Source: an uncultured bacterium (GTDB taxonomy: Bacteria; Bacillota_I; Bacilli_A; RFN20; CAG-826). From it: DNA of 64,000 nt. This document shows, one piece after another, positions 1 through 12,670 of this stretch (the stretch's first letter is position 1; each line of letters begins with the position of its first letter). Below the pieces are notes generated by a model, which was not told where the DNA came from, did not search any database, and saw only the letters and a program-made list of their open reading frames with translations. Both the position numbers and the translations under genes were made by a program. The stretch spans positions 206,079 through 270,078 of the forward strand of contig CASERQ010000002.1 in assembly GCA_949290395.1 (NCBI GenBank). The letters run 5' to 3'.

Positions 1-23
1 CCAGTTAAAATTATAGCGTACAT
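1..23 (-). CDS. rplU: 50S ribosomal protein L21, 5' end only (runs off window)
   Basis: Minus strand reads GGAGG SD then ATG TAC GCT ATA ATT TTA ACT GG = MYAIILTG, matching the L21 N-terminus (MYAII.TGGKQ). Not in the ORF track. Confidence 0.8.
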
Positions 24-52
24 TAATATAAGCCTCCGTTTTTTTAATAATT

Positions 53-133
53 ACTCGCTCGTAAGGTAATTTCTGAAGAAATTTTAGTGACCTTTTTAAT
101 GCGGTTGTATCAAAAAATAGGGATACAACGCTA
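53..133 (-). ncRNA. Putative L21 ribosomal protein leader
   Basis: 5' UTR of rplU contains ACAACCGCA...GGT...ACCT...GCGAGT, resembling the Firmicutes L21 leader. Upstream TTGATA-16-TATACT promoter at 136-163. Confidence 0.55.
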
Positions 134-200
134 TTAGTATACTCTTTTTAAAACAATTATCAAGAAATAAATTCTTTGCTAGAAAGGAAGAAACCTCATT

Positions 201-386
201 CTACTTCCAGACGAATTTATATCCTCCAGGAAGTTGGATTGTTCCATCATCAGTGTAGAAAAGCTTATAAATTGCAACCGCTACTAAAGCAATCGCCATA
301 ATTGCCATTACGGTTGTAAGAGTAATTGCTTCACCACATCGAAGTTGGGACATCTCTTCGTTTGATAAAGGAATCTTTTCTTCCAT
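201..386 (-). CDS. 61-aa small membrane peptide with double-glycine-type leader-like N-terminus
   Basis: Strong SD AAAGGAGGT. LSNEEMSQLRCG resembles the LSxxELxxIxGG leader and is followed by one hydrophobic helix. Confidence 0.65.
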   Translation of the reverse strand: MEEKIPLSNEEMSQLRCGEAITLTTVMAIMAIALVAVAIYKLFYTDDGTIQLPGGYKFVWK

Positions 387-390
387 ATTT

Positions 391-422
391 AAAAACCTCC
401 TTTCAAATAATACAAAGGAGGT
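391..422 (-). terminator. Intrinsic terminator of valS whose 3' arm is the SD of the 61-aa ORF
   Basis: Minus strand ACCTCCTTT-gtattatttg-AAAGGAGGT-TTTT, just downstream of the valS stop. Confidence 0.65.
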
Positions 423-448
423 AATTTAAAATTTTCTTAAAAATAAAT

Positions 449-3046
<2,598 letters not shown>

Positions 3047-3047
3047 A

Positions 3048-3650
3048 TTAACCCTCCATAACAGCGTTTAAAACCGTATTTTTAAGCTTTAAAATACTGT
3101 TTTTATCGTTTATTGATACTAACAAAGGTGCAAATTTATTAGGATCAAAATCTAATTTAGATTTTAAATTTTTATAAATTTTTGATCTCATAGACATGTT
3201 TAATTTATCGCATTTAGTCATACAAATTACAAAGCGATACTTATAAGAAATTAAAAATTTATAAAAATCAAAGTCATCATCTGTTGGTTCATGTCTAGAA
3301 TCAAGCAAAAAGACAACAAGTTTTAAGCTTTTATTGTTATCAAAAAATGATTCAATCATTTTTCCATAAAATTCATAGTCAACATCTTTTTTAGATGAAA
3401 ATCCATAACCAGGACAATCTACTAAATAAAATTTGTCTTCAACAGAATAATAATTTAATAATCTAGTGTGTCCTGGTTTAGAACTTGTATGTGCTAAATT
3501 CTTATTATTAGTTAAAGCGTTTATTAAACTTGATTTACCAACGTTTGATTTACCAACAAAAAGCACCGAGGAATTATATTCCCCTGGTGCTTCTTTTACA
3601 TCAACTATACTTTTAATAAACTTTGCTTTAGTTAAATAATAATTTTCCAT
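3048..3650 (-). CDS. engB: Ribosome biogenesis GTPase YsxC/EngB
   Basis: GKSNVGKSSLIN, SSKPGHT, DCPGYG, TKCDK motifs; follows lon as in Firmicutes. Confidence 0.95.
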   Translation of the reverse strand: MENYYLTKAKFIKSIVDVKEAPGEYNSSVLFVGKSNVGKSSLINALTNNKNLAHTSSKPGHTRLLNYYSVEDKFYLVDCPGYGFSSKKDVDYEFYGKMIESFFDNNKSLKLVVFLLDSRHEPTDDDFDFYKFLISYKYRFVICMTKCDKLNMSMRSKIYKNLKSKLDFDPNKFAPLLVSINDKNSILKLKNTVLNAVMEG

Positions 3651-3652
3651 TC

Positions 3653-5986
3653 TTATTTAAATAGAACCTTAACAGCATCGTCTACATTCTTCATGTAAAC
3701 AATTTTTAATTTTTCTGTTACTTCTTTAGGTAATTCGCTAACGTTATGTTTATTTCCGTCAGGAATAATAATCTTTTTAATGCCACTTCTCATTGCAGCC
3801 AAAGATTTTTCTCTTAATCCGCCAATAGGAAGCGCGTTTCCTCTCAAAGTAACTTCACCAGTCATTGCAATATCTCCACTTACAGGTGTTTTGCTCAATG
3901 CACTAATAATTGCACAAGTAATTGCAACGCCTGCACTTGGTCCGTCTTTTGGAATTGCACCCTCTGGTACGTGAATATGAATATCAACTTTATCAAATAA
4001 ATCTTTATCGATGTTATATTTTTCAGCGTTTGCTTTAACATAGTCTAAAGCAATTTCGCAGCTTTCTTTCATAACATCGCCAAGTTTACCTGTTAAAATG
4101 AGTTTTCCTTTACCAGCAAAGTAATTGACTTCAATTGGTAAGATGTCTCCACCATATTCGGTATAAGCTAAGCCTGTTACGACTCCAACTTGTTTACCTT
4201 TTTCTTTAGCAGTTGAATCAAAAGGCTCAACTCCTAAGTATTTGATAACGTCATCTTTAGTAATTGTTGAAACAAAGTCTTTTTCGCTATCGCTTTGAAC
4301 TTTTTCAACAATAACTTTTCTAATAACACTAGCAATATGTCTTTCAAGATCTCTAACACCAGCTTCTCTTGTATATCTATCTATAATATAAAAGATGCTT
4401 TCATCGGTGAAAGTTACTGAATTTGGCATTAAACCATTAACTTCAAGTTGCTTTTTGATTAAGAAATCTTTTGCAATATGAAGTTTATCAATGGCTGTAT
4501 AACTTGGAACATGAATTAATTCAAGTCTATCAAGTAAAGGTGCTGGAATGTTTTCAATATTATTTGCGGTGCAAATAAATAAAACATTGCTTAAATCGTA
4601 ATTTACTTCTAAATAGTTATCATTAAATTCCTTATTTTGTTCAGGATCTAATACTTCTAAAAGCGCACTACTTGGATCGCCTTTAAATGAATCTCTACCA
4701 AGTTTATCTACTTCATCGAGCAAGAAAACTGGATTATTAACCTTAACTTTTCTTAAAGAATTAATAATTCTTCCAGGTCTAGAACCAACATATGTTCTTC
4801 TATGACCTCTAATTTCTGCTTCATCACTGACACCACCTAAAGAACATTTAATAAATTTTCTTCCTAAGGCACGAGCGATGGAACGAGAAAGGGATGTTTT
4901 ACCACATCCTGGTGGCCCATAAAAACATAAAATTGGAGCTTTAAGATTACCCTTAAACTTTTTAACGCAAAGATATTCGATAATTCTTTCTTTTACTTTT
5001 AAAAGACCGTAGTGATCTTCATCAAGCACAGCTTTCGCATGATTTATATCATTATCGTCTTCAGTTTGTTCAAACCATGGGACAGATAATGCGATATCGA
5101 TATAATCTTGGATTAAACTTGCTTCAAGGGAACCTTGAGGCATCATTTCTTTACGTTTTAATTCATCCTTAATTTTAGTTTTAACTTCTTCAGGATAAGG
5201 TTGGGAATCTAATTTATTTATAATTGAACTTGAATCTTTTGTTACATCTTCTCCAAGTTCTTTCTTAATTGCTCTAAGTTTTTCTCTTAAAAGATACTCT
5301 TTTTGAGCTTTATCTGTATTTTCTTGCACAGTTTTCATGATTTTTCTATCAATCGCATTAAGCTCATCAATTTGATTTAAAAGAAGTAAAATTTTCATTA
5401 AACGGTCGTTAATTGTTTTTGCTTCTAATAAATCTTGCTTATCTTTTGGAGAAACTGAAAGTCTTTCAGATAAATAGTAACTTAATTCTTGTGCGCCAAT
5501 TCCTTTTGAAAGTTGCTCAGCAACACCTTGTCCGCTTCCTCTAAAGAAATTATCAAGTCCGCTCTCTTGAACTTTTTTAATGATGTTTGTAATTAAACTC
5601 ATTTCTTCTTTGCTATCACCACTTACATCAGGTAATAATGAGCACGAGCCATAAAAAACACCATCACAAATATCTATAGAGTTAATTTTGATTCTAAGTG
5701 AAGCATTAAGTTTCACTCTGAATCCGTATTTTACTTTTTCAACATTTGTAATTTTGCTGATAACAGCAACATCATATATATCATCGAAAGATTCGATCTT
5801 ATCTGCTTCGATATTCTTTTGAGAAACTAAAGCAACATAAGAATCGAATTTTTCGGTTGATTGAGAAATTGCGTCAGCAGAAAATTTTCTTTCTACTGAT
5901 AAAGTAACTTGTGAATCAGGATATCCTACATATCCTCTTGTAATAACTAAAGGTAATTCAAAAATTTCGTTTTCGGAAAAATTCAT
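3653..5986 (-). CDS. lon: Lon protease
   Basis: GPPGCGKTS Walker A, GHRRTYVG, LLDEVDK, PKDGPSAG catalytic Ser, IGGLREK. Confidence 0.98.
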   Translation of the reverse strand: MNFSENEIFELPLVITRGYVGYPDSQVTLSVERKFSADAISQSTEKFDSYVALVSQKNIEADKIESFDDIYDVAVISKITNVEKVKYGFRVKLNASLRIKINSIDICDGVFYGSCSLLPDVSGDSKEEMSLITNIIKKVQESGLDNFFRGSGQGVAEQLSKGIGAQELSYYLSERLSVSPKDKQDLLEAKTINDRLMKILLLLNQIDELNAIDRKIMKTVQENTDKAQKEYLLREKLRAIKKELGEDVTKDSSSIINKLDSQPYPEEVKTKIKDELKRKEMMPQGSLEASLIQDYIDIALSVPWFEQTEDDNDINHAKAVLDEDHYGLLKVKERIIEYLCVKKFKGNLKAPILCFYGPPGCGKTSLSRSIARALGRKFIKCSLGGVSDEAEIRGHRRTYVGSRPGRIINSLRKVKVNNPVFLLDEVDKLGRDSFKGDPSSALLEVLDPEQNKEFNDNYLEVNYDLSNVLFICTANNIENIPAPLLDRLELIHVPSYTAIDKLHIAKDFLIKKQLEVNGLMPNSVTFTDESIFYIIDRYTREAGVRDLERHIASVIRKVIVEKVQSDSEKDFVSTITKDDVIKYLGVEPFDSTAKEKGKQVGVVTGLAYTEYGGDILPIEVNYFAGKGKLILTGKLGDVMKESCEIALDYVKANAEKYNIDKDLFDKVDIHIHVPEGAIPKDGPSAGVAITCAIISALSKTPVSGDIAMTGEVTLRGNALPIGGLREKSLAAMRSGIKKIIIPDGNKHNVSELPKEVTEKLKIVYMKNVDDAVKVLFK

Positions 5987-6018
5987 TAAAATCGACTACC
6001 TCCTTTTTAAAAATTTAG

Positions 6019-7443
6019 TTATTTATTTTCTTCACTAACTTCTTTCTTTGTAGTTTTAGTTGATTTTTTAGTTGTTGAAGTCTTTTTAGCTCTTGGTTTC
6101 TTTTCTTTTACTTCAGTTTTTCCTTCTTCAGTTTTTGCTTCTTCAACTTTGTTTTCTTCTTTAACTTCTGGAATGTTGTTAGCACGAATAAATCTAACGA
6201 TCTTGTTTTCCAATAATGAATTTAAAACTTGAGCTTCGTTGTTTTTATAGATGTTTTTGATTTGATCAACTGGCATATTGTATGTTTTTGCTAATTGATT
6301 GTAATAGTCATCGAGTTCCGCTCTTGAGATAACTAATTTTTCTTCTTGAGCAATTTGTTGAAGGACTAAGTATTGAGTTAATCTGTTTTTAGCTTCAACT
6401 TTGAAGTTTTCATCTAATTTTTCATCACTCATACCAGTGATTTCTTTATATTGCTCATAAGTTAAACCATTACTGGAGATTTGATTAATTGTATCTTGTT
6501 TGATTGAATTTGCTTCTTGTTCTAAGACTTTGTCACCAATTTCAACAGTAGCATTTGCAATAATTTGATTTAAGATTTTGTTGAATTGATCTTGTCTTGC
6601 TTCGTTATCAAGTCTATTTTGGACAAGTTTAGCTTCATAATCTTTAAATTCTTCAACTGTTTTAACGTTTTCTAAATTTAAAGTTGAAACAAATTCTTCA
6701 TTGAGTTCTGGTTTTTTCTTTGTTTTGATTTCGTGAACCATACAAACGAATTTTGCTTCTTTACCAGCTAAATCTTTAACATATTGTTCTGGGAAAGTAA
6801 CAATAACATCTTTTTTAGTTTCGCTTGTAACGCCGACTAATTGATCTTCGAATCCAGGAATAAATTGATTTGAACCTAAGACTAATGAATAGTTGTCAGC
6901 ACTTCCGCCATCGAATTCTTTACCATCAATGTAACCTTTGAAATCAAAGACGACTGTATCGCCCATTTCAGCAGCGCCATCTTTAAGTACTAAATCTGAA
7001 TTGTCTTCTAAGACATGTTCGATTTGTTCTTCGATTTCTTTCTTTGTAGCTTTTTTAGTTTCTAATGGAATGTTGATGTCTTTGTATTGTCCAAGTTTGA
7101 CTTCTGGAACAACTGTAACTGTGAAGACAACTGTAAATCCATTATCATCAAGCTTTGTAATGTTAACTTCTGGGCTTGTGAATGGTCTTAAGTTATGTTC
7201 ATTAATTGCTGCGCTATAAGCTGCAGGTAATGCTTCATTAATTGATTGATTTAATAAATCATTTGGATTAATTCTTTTTCTTGCAAGTTCAATTGGAGCT
7301 TTTCCTTCTCTGAAACCTTCAACTTTAACTTTGCTTGCAAGTTTCTTTAAAGCTTTATTTTGAGCTTCAGTCCAAGCTTCCTTTTCAACAGTAGCTTCAA
7401 TTTCAAAAATTGAATTACCTTTGTTAGTTAATTTTGTACTCAT
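6019..7443 (-). CDS. tig: Trigger factor
   Basis: GFREGKAP ribosome-binding signature and FKBP domain (LGSNQFIPGFEDQL). Confidence 0.97.
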   Translation of the reverse strand: MSTKLTNKGNSIFEIEATVEKEAWTEAQNKALKKLASKVKVEGFREGKAPIELARKRINPNDLLNQSINEALPAAYSAAINEHNLRPFTSPEVNITKLDDNGFTVVFTVTVVPEVKLGQYKDINIPLETKKATKKEIEEQIEHVLEDNSDLVLKDGAAEMGDTVVFDFKGYIDGKEFDGGSADNYSLVLGSNQFIPGFEDQLVGVTSETKKDVIVTFPEQYVKDLAGKEAKFVCMVHEIKTKKKPELNEEFVSTLNLENVKTVEEFKDYEAKLVQNRLDNEARQDQFNKILNQIIANATVEIGDKVLEQEANSIKQDTINQISSNGLTYEQYKEITGMSDEKLDENFKVEAKNRLTQYLVLQQIAQEEKLVISRAELDDYYNQLAKTYNMPVDQIKNIYKNNEAQVLNSLLENKIVRFIRANNIPEVKEENKVEEAKTEEGKTEVKEKKPRAKKTSTTKKSTKTTKKEVSEENK

Positions 7444-7603
7444 TTCTTTCCTCCGCGTATACCGCTAAATTATACATTAAATAATGTCTTTTAGTAAAGA
7501 AAAACACCATTTAAGCAACCGTAAGAATAATATAAAATTTTTTTCACGTAAATTAGAGCAATTTATTCACATTTTTTTAACTTAATAAATTTATTTATTA
7601 AAT

Positions 7604-8566
7604 TTACGACGACTTACTTGTCAATAAATCCAAAGTACCTTTTAAAATTGCCGATATATATTGGTTAATATTAGAGTTGTCACTTGTTACTTTACTTAAA
7701 GTTTTTGGTACTTCAACTATTCTATTTAACTCCTTTTGAGCGACTAAATAACATGCTTTAAAAAATGTATTAACTTCACCTAAATTTTCAAAGTATTCAG
7801 GAATGACATTAATATAGCCAACAGCCGCATAATCAACTATTAAACCAAACGCTTCTTTATCCTCTTCAGTTTTGCTTAAATAATCCAAAACTTTGACATA
7901 TAAGCCATTACTTTTCTCAGCTTTCTCTTTAAGATTTGCCGGCACAACCATGAAATATTTCTCATTTTTTAAAAAAGTTATGGCTTTTTTAACTCCAAGT
8001 CGAATTAATTGAGACAAAATATAGCCAAAAAATGAGTCAAACTCTGTTTTGTCATTAAGATAATTAGCGACCTCATTATAAAGAAAATCTAATCTACTTT
8101 CGTTTTGATGACCATTGATATAATCAAACGCTTTAGTTATTTCGCTTAAATTTTCACTTGTTATCATATAAAGCAATTCAAAATTATCTAAAACTACTTC
8201 GTTTTTGCTTCTATCAGCAATTTTTTCTCTTAAATAAGGTTCAATGTTTTTTAAGAAGTTTTGAACTTCGACATCTAAAACTGGAGATTCATAAAAAGGG
8301 ACCAATTTATTTAATATTTCTGAATATGAGCAATTTGAATCAACCAAAATTTCAATAAATAGTTTTATTGTTTCTAGAGGTTTATGAATATATAAAATAT
8401 CTTGATTTGTCTCATATTCTTCTGTTGCTTCTTTAACTCTTTTAAGAGCTAAATAACTTTTAATCTTTAAGAATTTCGCATTATAATCCGCAATTAAATC
8501 AGCCTTATTAATGACTTCTTCATACTTTTCCTCTCTAAAAAGATCAAGCAACTCTTTAAAATCCAT
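7604..8566 (-). CDS. Hypothetical helical protein (320 aa)
   Basis: Long ORF abutting the uvrC 3' fragment. Helical/TPR-like N-terminus; no recognised motif. Confidence 0.75.
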   Translation of the reverse strand: MDFKELLDLFREEKYEEVINKADLIADYNAKFLKIKSYLALKRVKEATEEYETNQDILYIHKPLETIKLFIEILVDSNCSYSEILNKLVPFYESPVLDVEVQNFLKNIEPYLREKIADRSKNEVVLDNFELLYMITSENLSEITKAFDYINGHQNESRLDFLYNEVANYLNDKTEFDSFFGYILSQLIRLGVKKAITFLKNEKYFMVVPANLKEKAEKSNGLYVKVLDYLSKTEEDKEAFGLIVDYAAVGYINVIPEYFENLGEVNTFFKACYLVAQKELNRIVEVPKTLSKVTSDNSNINQYISAILKGTLDLLTSKSS

Positions 8567-8869
8567 CTAGATTAATCCTTTTATTTTTTCAAATAATTTC
8601 TCTGCGCTTTCTTTAGGAACGATTTGTTCTATTTCCTCAATTTTAGCATTTTTAAGTTCATTGATTGATGGAAAAGCCTTAATTAATTGTTCTTTTCTTT
8701 TTGCTCCAATCCCTGGAACATCGTCGAAAACGCTATTAAATACACTTTTATTTCTTTTATTGATGTGTGTAGTTATTGCGTAGCGGTGCACTTCATCCTG
8801 CATTCTTGTTAGTAATAAAAATAATTTTTTATCATCATCAAGATAATATTCATTAAAATTTTCATCCAT
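8567..8869 (-). CDS. uvrC: UvrC C-terminal fragment (end of RNase H-like domain plus HhH)
   Basis: RMQDEVHRYAI and DDVPGIGAKRK HhH motif; out of frame with the upstream part. Confidence 0.85.
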   Translation of the reverse strand: MDENFNEYYLDDDKKLFLLLTRMQDEVHRYAITTHINKRNKSVFNSVFDDVPGIGAKRKEQLIKAFPSINELKNAKIEEIEQIVPKESAEKLFEKIKGLI

Positions 8870-10286
8870 TAAAGCACTTGAGCTCTTTTTTAACCTCTAA
8901 AGCGATTTCTATTTGGCCCTTACCTCCATCAACAATAATTAAATTTGGCATTTCACCTTTTTCTTCAATAAGTCTTTTGTATCTTCTTGTAAGAGTTTCA
9001 CGCATTGAAGAAAGATCGTCTTTTGTGTTGTAACCTTGGATGTTGAATTTACGGTACATCTTCTTACAAGGTACTCCATTAATAAATACAACCATAGCCC
9101 CGATTGCGTTGGTACCTTGTAAGTGAGAATTATCAAAAAGTTCAATATGGGTTGGAATTTCCATATTTAAAATGTTTCCAAGTCTTTCCAAAAGGTCCAA
9201 AACATCATCATCTAGTTTTGCTGTTAAGAAATGTTCATCTAATGCTTCTTTAGCGTTTATTGCAACTGTATCTAAAACATCATGGAGTTGACCTTTACTT
9301 GGAGCAAAAACATTAGCATTTTCTAAATAATTGATTAAGTTATCTTTAATTTCTTCGTTAGAAACGATGATTTCACTAGGAATTGAGTTAATTAAGTAAT
9401 ACTGATAAATAATTTCACTAACAAATTCATCAATTTCGCCAATTAATTCATAACAAAATGTCCTTTTTGTTAATAAAACGCCTCCTCTATATGAAAAAAG
9501 AGCAATCGCAATATAGTTTTCTCTTATATGAAAGGAGAAAAAATCTCGATTAATTTTATCTTTAAATTCAACTGTTTGTTTTTCTGTGATGTGATTAATT
9601 GAATCCAGCATCTTTTTATATTCAAGAGCATTTTCAAAATCGAGTTTATCTGAAGCTTTTTTTATCTTTTCCTTTAAATCTTTAACTACTTCAGTATTTT
9701 TCCCTTTTAAAAAATCACGAATATTATCAATAATTTCTTCATATTTTTCTTTCTCAATCTTGTTTATACAAGGAGCTAAACAACTTCCGAGATGATAATA
9801 AAGACAAGGTAATTTCGGAACGTTTTTGCATTTTCTTAAAGGGAATAATTTATTAATCATATCAAGCACTTCATAAGCGGCGCTACTATTAGGAAAAGGA
9901 CCATAATATTCGCATTTTTTGTCTTTAACATTCCTTGCTAAACTAACATAAGGATGTTCAATTTTTTTATGAATTGCAAGATAAGGATAATGTTTATCAT
10001 CCATAAGCAAAATATTATAACGAGGATGATTTTTTTGAATTAAATTCATCTCGAGAATAAATGCTTCTTTTTCGCTTTTAGTGATTATAGTTTCAAAATG
10101 ATGAACATGAGAAACCATGGCAGCAGTTTTGCCATTATGTGCCCTTAAAAAATACTGAGAAACTCTCTTTTTAAGGTTTTTAGCTTTTCCGATATAAATG
10201 ATTTCATCATTTATGTCGTGCATTAAATAGCAACCTGGTTTATCAGGTAAAAGTTCAATTTCTTTTGCTAAAATTTCATTCATCAT
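8862..10286 (-). CDS. uvrC: UvrC N-terminal fragment (gene split by apparent deletion/frameshift)
   Basis: GIY-YIG (PGCYLM...YIGKAKNLKKRV), Cys cluster, IELFDNSH, VDGGKGQ; ends prematurely at KELKCFNG*. Confidence 0.9.
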   Translation of the reverse strand: MMNEILAKEIELLPDKPGCYLMHDINDEIIYIGKAKNLKKRVSQYFLRAHNGKTAAMVSHVHHFETIITKSEKEAFILEMNLIQKNHPRYNILLMDDKHYPYLAIHKKIEHPYVSLARNVKDKKCEYYGPFPNSSAAYEVLDMINKLFPLRKCKNVPKLPCLYYHLGSCLAPCINKIEKEKYEEIIDNIRDFLKGKNTEVVKDLKEKIKKASDKLDFENALEYKKMLDSINHITEKQTVEFKDKINRDFFSFHIRENYIAIALFSYRGGVLLTKRTFCYELIGEIDEFVSEIIYQYYLINSIPSEIIVSNEEIKDNLINYLENANVFAPSKGQLHDVLDTVAINAKEALDEHFLTAKLDDDVLDLLERLGNILNMEIPTHIELFDNSHLQGTNAIGAMVVFINGVPCKKMYRKFNIQGYNTKDDLSSMRETLTRRYKRLIEEKGEMPNLIIVDGGKGQIEIALEVKKELKCFNG

Positions 10287-12571
10287 TTAAGAGTTATAAT
10301 GGTCGAACCACTTCCTCCATCAAGTTCACTTCCAATTTTAAAAGAAGCGACATTCTTCTTTGTTTTTAAGAATTTATGGATACCTTCTCTTAATTTTCCA
10401 CTTCCATATCCATGAATTACTTTAACTTCTTTAAGATTTCTTAAAACACAGTCATCTAAATACTTATCTAGAGTAATAAGTGCATCATCTACTCTGTAAC
10501 CTATTAAATTTAGAGAAGATGAAACATTTTTTTGCCCTAAAATGTATTTATCTAAGTTAACCGATGATTTTACAGCATTTTTTGGAGCTTCTATAATCTC
10601 GCATTGATCTTTTGTAGCATTAAGCGTAAACCCATCGCTAGTAAGAATTCTTAGTTTATTGCCGTTTTCAGACACAACTTTACCTGCGACATCAAGCGAT
10701 TTAATTGTTATATAGTTACCAACAGTAATATTTTCGTTTTTCTTTTTCTTAACATTGATTTTATCGAGTTTTTCTTCTGCTTTTTTAAGGTTTTTGTCCT
10801 TCAAGAAAGCATTATAAATATTATTAATTTCGTTATATTTATCATTTAAGAAAACATCAAATTTATCAATTTTTTGATTTTTAAGCTTATTTTCTCTTTC
10901 TTTTAATTCATTTTCTTTTTTTGAAAGTTCTTCTTTTAGCTTATTTAAACTATCTTGTCTAAGCTTTAATTTCTCATCTTTTGTCGATAAGTATCTTTCT
11001 TTTTCATTAAGAGCATGTAGCTTTTTATCATCTTCGCTTTCAAAAGAATCATTATAAATTTTCTTCGCGTCGTTAATAATTTCGCTATCTAAACCAAACT
11101 TTTTACTTATCAAAAACCCATAACTCTTACCACTTACACCTAACAAAATCTTGAATGTTGGAGTAACGTTTTTTTCATTGAAAATGAAAGAAGCATTAAG
11201 AATATTGCTATTTGTTAAACCATATTTTTTGAGCAATTCATAATGTGATGTGATTAAAGAAAGCGTTCTAGTTTTTAGTAATCTTTTTACTATAGCAACG
11301 GCTAAAGCCTCGCCTTCTTTAGGGTCTGTACCAGTACAAAGTTCATCAATTACTACTAAATCATTACTAGTTACTGACTGAATTATTACTGAAACATTAC
11401 TAATATGTGCTGAAAACGTTGATAAATTGTTTTCTATCGATTGGCTATCACCGATATCAATATAGATGTTATCGAAGACACACATTTCACTATCAACAGA
11501 ACAAGGAATAGCTAAACCAATCTTAATCATATAAGCACATATCGCTACTGTTTTAAGTGCAATTGTCTTACCTCCAGCATTAGGTCCACTGATAATCATT
11601 AAGGTCTTATCTTTACCTAAAACAAAGTCATTTCCTACACATACTTCTTTGTTTATTAAAGGGTGTTTTGCGTTATATAACTTAAAGCATTTGTTAGTAT
11701 TTAAAATGGGAATATTAGCATCTATTTCTTTTGCATATTTTGCTTTACAACTAAGGAAATCTAATTCGCCCAGAATTTCATTGTTGTTAATTAATTCATT
11801 TCCTTTTTCTACTACTTTTGTTGTTAATTGATAAAGAATCTTATTTATTTCATCTCTTTCTTTAATTCTTAAAACTGCTAGTTGATTTTCTAGTTCTAAG
11901 ACTTCTTTTGGCTGAATAAATGTTGTTTGACCACTATCAGAAACATCCTGAACAATACCCTCTACACTAGCTTTATAAGATGTGCTCACAGGAATTGCAT
12001 AATGACCATTACGCATAACAAAATTGTCTCCAGATAATTTATCCTTAAACTTATTAAAAATTGAATTTAAAGATGAATGAATGCTTTTATTTAATGATTG
12101 AATGCTTCTTCTTATATTAAAAAGTTCTTTTGAAGCGCTATCTTTAACAGTATTATCAGTTGAAATTGCATTAGAAATTTCACTATATAATTGTTCATCT
12201 GCTTTTAAAGCCATGAACAATTCATTTAAATATGATAAATCTTCTCTGATTTTCAATGAATATTTAATCACATCAACTGTTGTTTGAATTTCCTGCTTAA
12301 TTGTATTTAATGTTAATTCGTCAAAAACATTGCCTTTTTTTGCGTATGAAATAGCTTCATACATATCAATTTCGCTTCTAATAGGAAAATCGTTATATAA
12401 GTTTAAAACAGTTTGAGTTTCTTTAAGTTTATTCAGTTCTTTGCTTAAAAAATTAAAATCTTTAGATGGTTTTAATTCATCTATTTTTTTACTAGCAATT
12501 AAAGTCTTTGAATAAGCTTTTATATTCTCTTTAATTTTATTAATTTCTAATACTACTTCTAAGTTTTCCAT
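10283..12571 (-). CDS. mutS2: MutS2 (RqcU) with C-terminal Smr domain
   Basis: SGPNAGGKT, STFSAH, DELCTGTDP, Smr motif IHGYGSGKLR. Confidence 0.96.
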   Translation of the reverse strand: MENLEVVLEINKIKENIKAYSKTLIASKKIDELKPSKDFNFLSKELNKLKETQTVLNLYNDFPIRSEIDMYEAISYAKKGNVFDELTLNTIKQEIQTTVDVIKYSLKIREDLSYLNELFMALKADEQLYSEISNAISTDNTVKDSASKELFNIRRSIQSLNKSIHSSLNSIFNKFKDKLSGDNFVMRNGHYAIPVSTSYKASVEGIVQDVSDSGQTTFIQPKEVLELENQLAVLRIKERDEINKILYQLTTKVVEKGNELINNNEILGELDFLSCKAKYAKEIDANIPILNTNKCFKLYNAKHPLINKEVCVGNDFVLGKDKTLMIISGPNAGGKTIALKTVAICAYMIKIGLAIPCSVDSEMCVFDNIYIDIGDSQSIENNLSTFSAHISNVSVIIQSVTSNDLVVIDELCTGTDPKEGEALAVAIVKRLLKTRTLSLITSHYELLKKYGLTNSNILNASFIFNEKNVTPTFKILLGVSGKSYGFLISKKFGLDSEIINDAKKIYNDSFESEDDKKLHALNEKERYLSTKDEKLKLRQDSLNKLKEELSKKENELKERENKLKNQKIDKFDVFLNDKYNEINNIYNAFLKDKNLKKAEEKLDKINVKKKKNENITVGNYITIKSLDVAGKVVSENGNKLRILTSDGFTLNATKDQCEIIEAPKNAVKSSVNLDKYILGQKNVSSSLNLIGYRVDDALITLDKYLDDCVLRNLKEVKVIHGYGSGKLREGIHKFLKTKKNVASFKIGSELDGGSGSTIITLK

Positions 12572-12634
12572 ACTCTACAATTCAAAACATAAACTTTCTA
12601 TCAATTAATAATTTTACGATAAATATCATATTTT

Positions 12635-12663
12635 TTCACTTTTTAATCATTTAATGCTATAAT
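12635..12663 (+). promoter_or_regulatory. Sigma-A promoter of rnhC (extended -10, probably leaderless)
   Basis: TTCACT-17-TATAAT with TGn; ATG lies 7 nt after the -10. Confidence 0.6.
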
Positions 12664-12670
12664 CAAGTCA

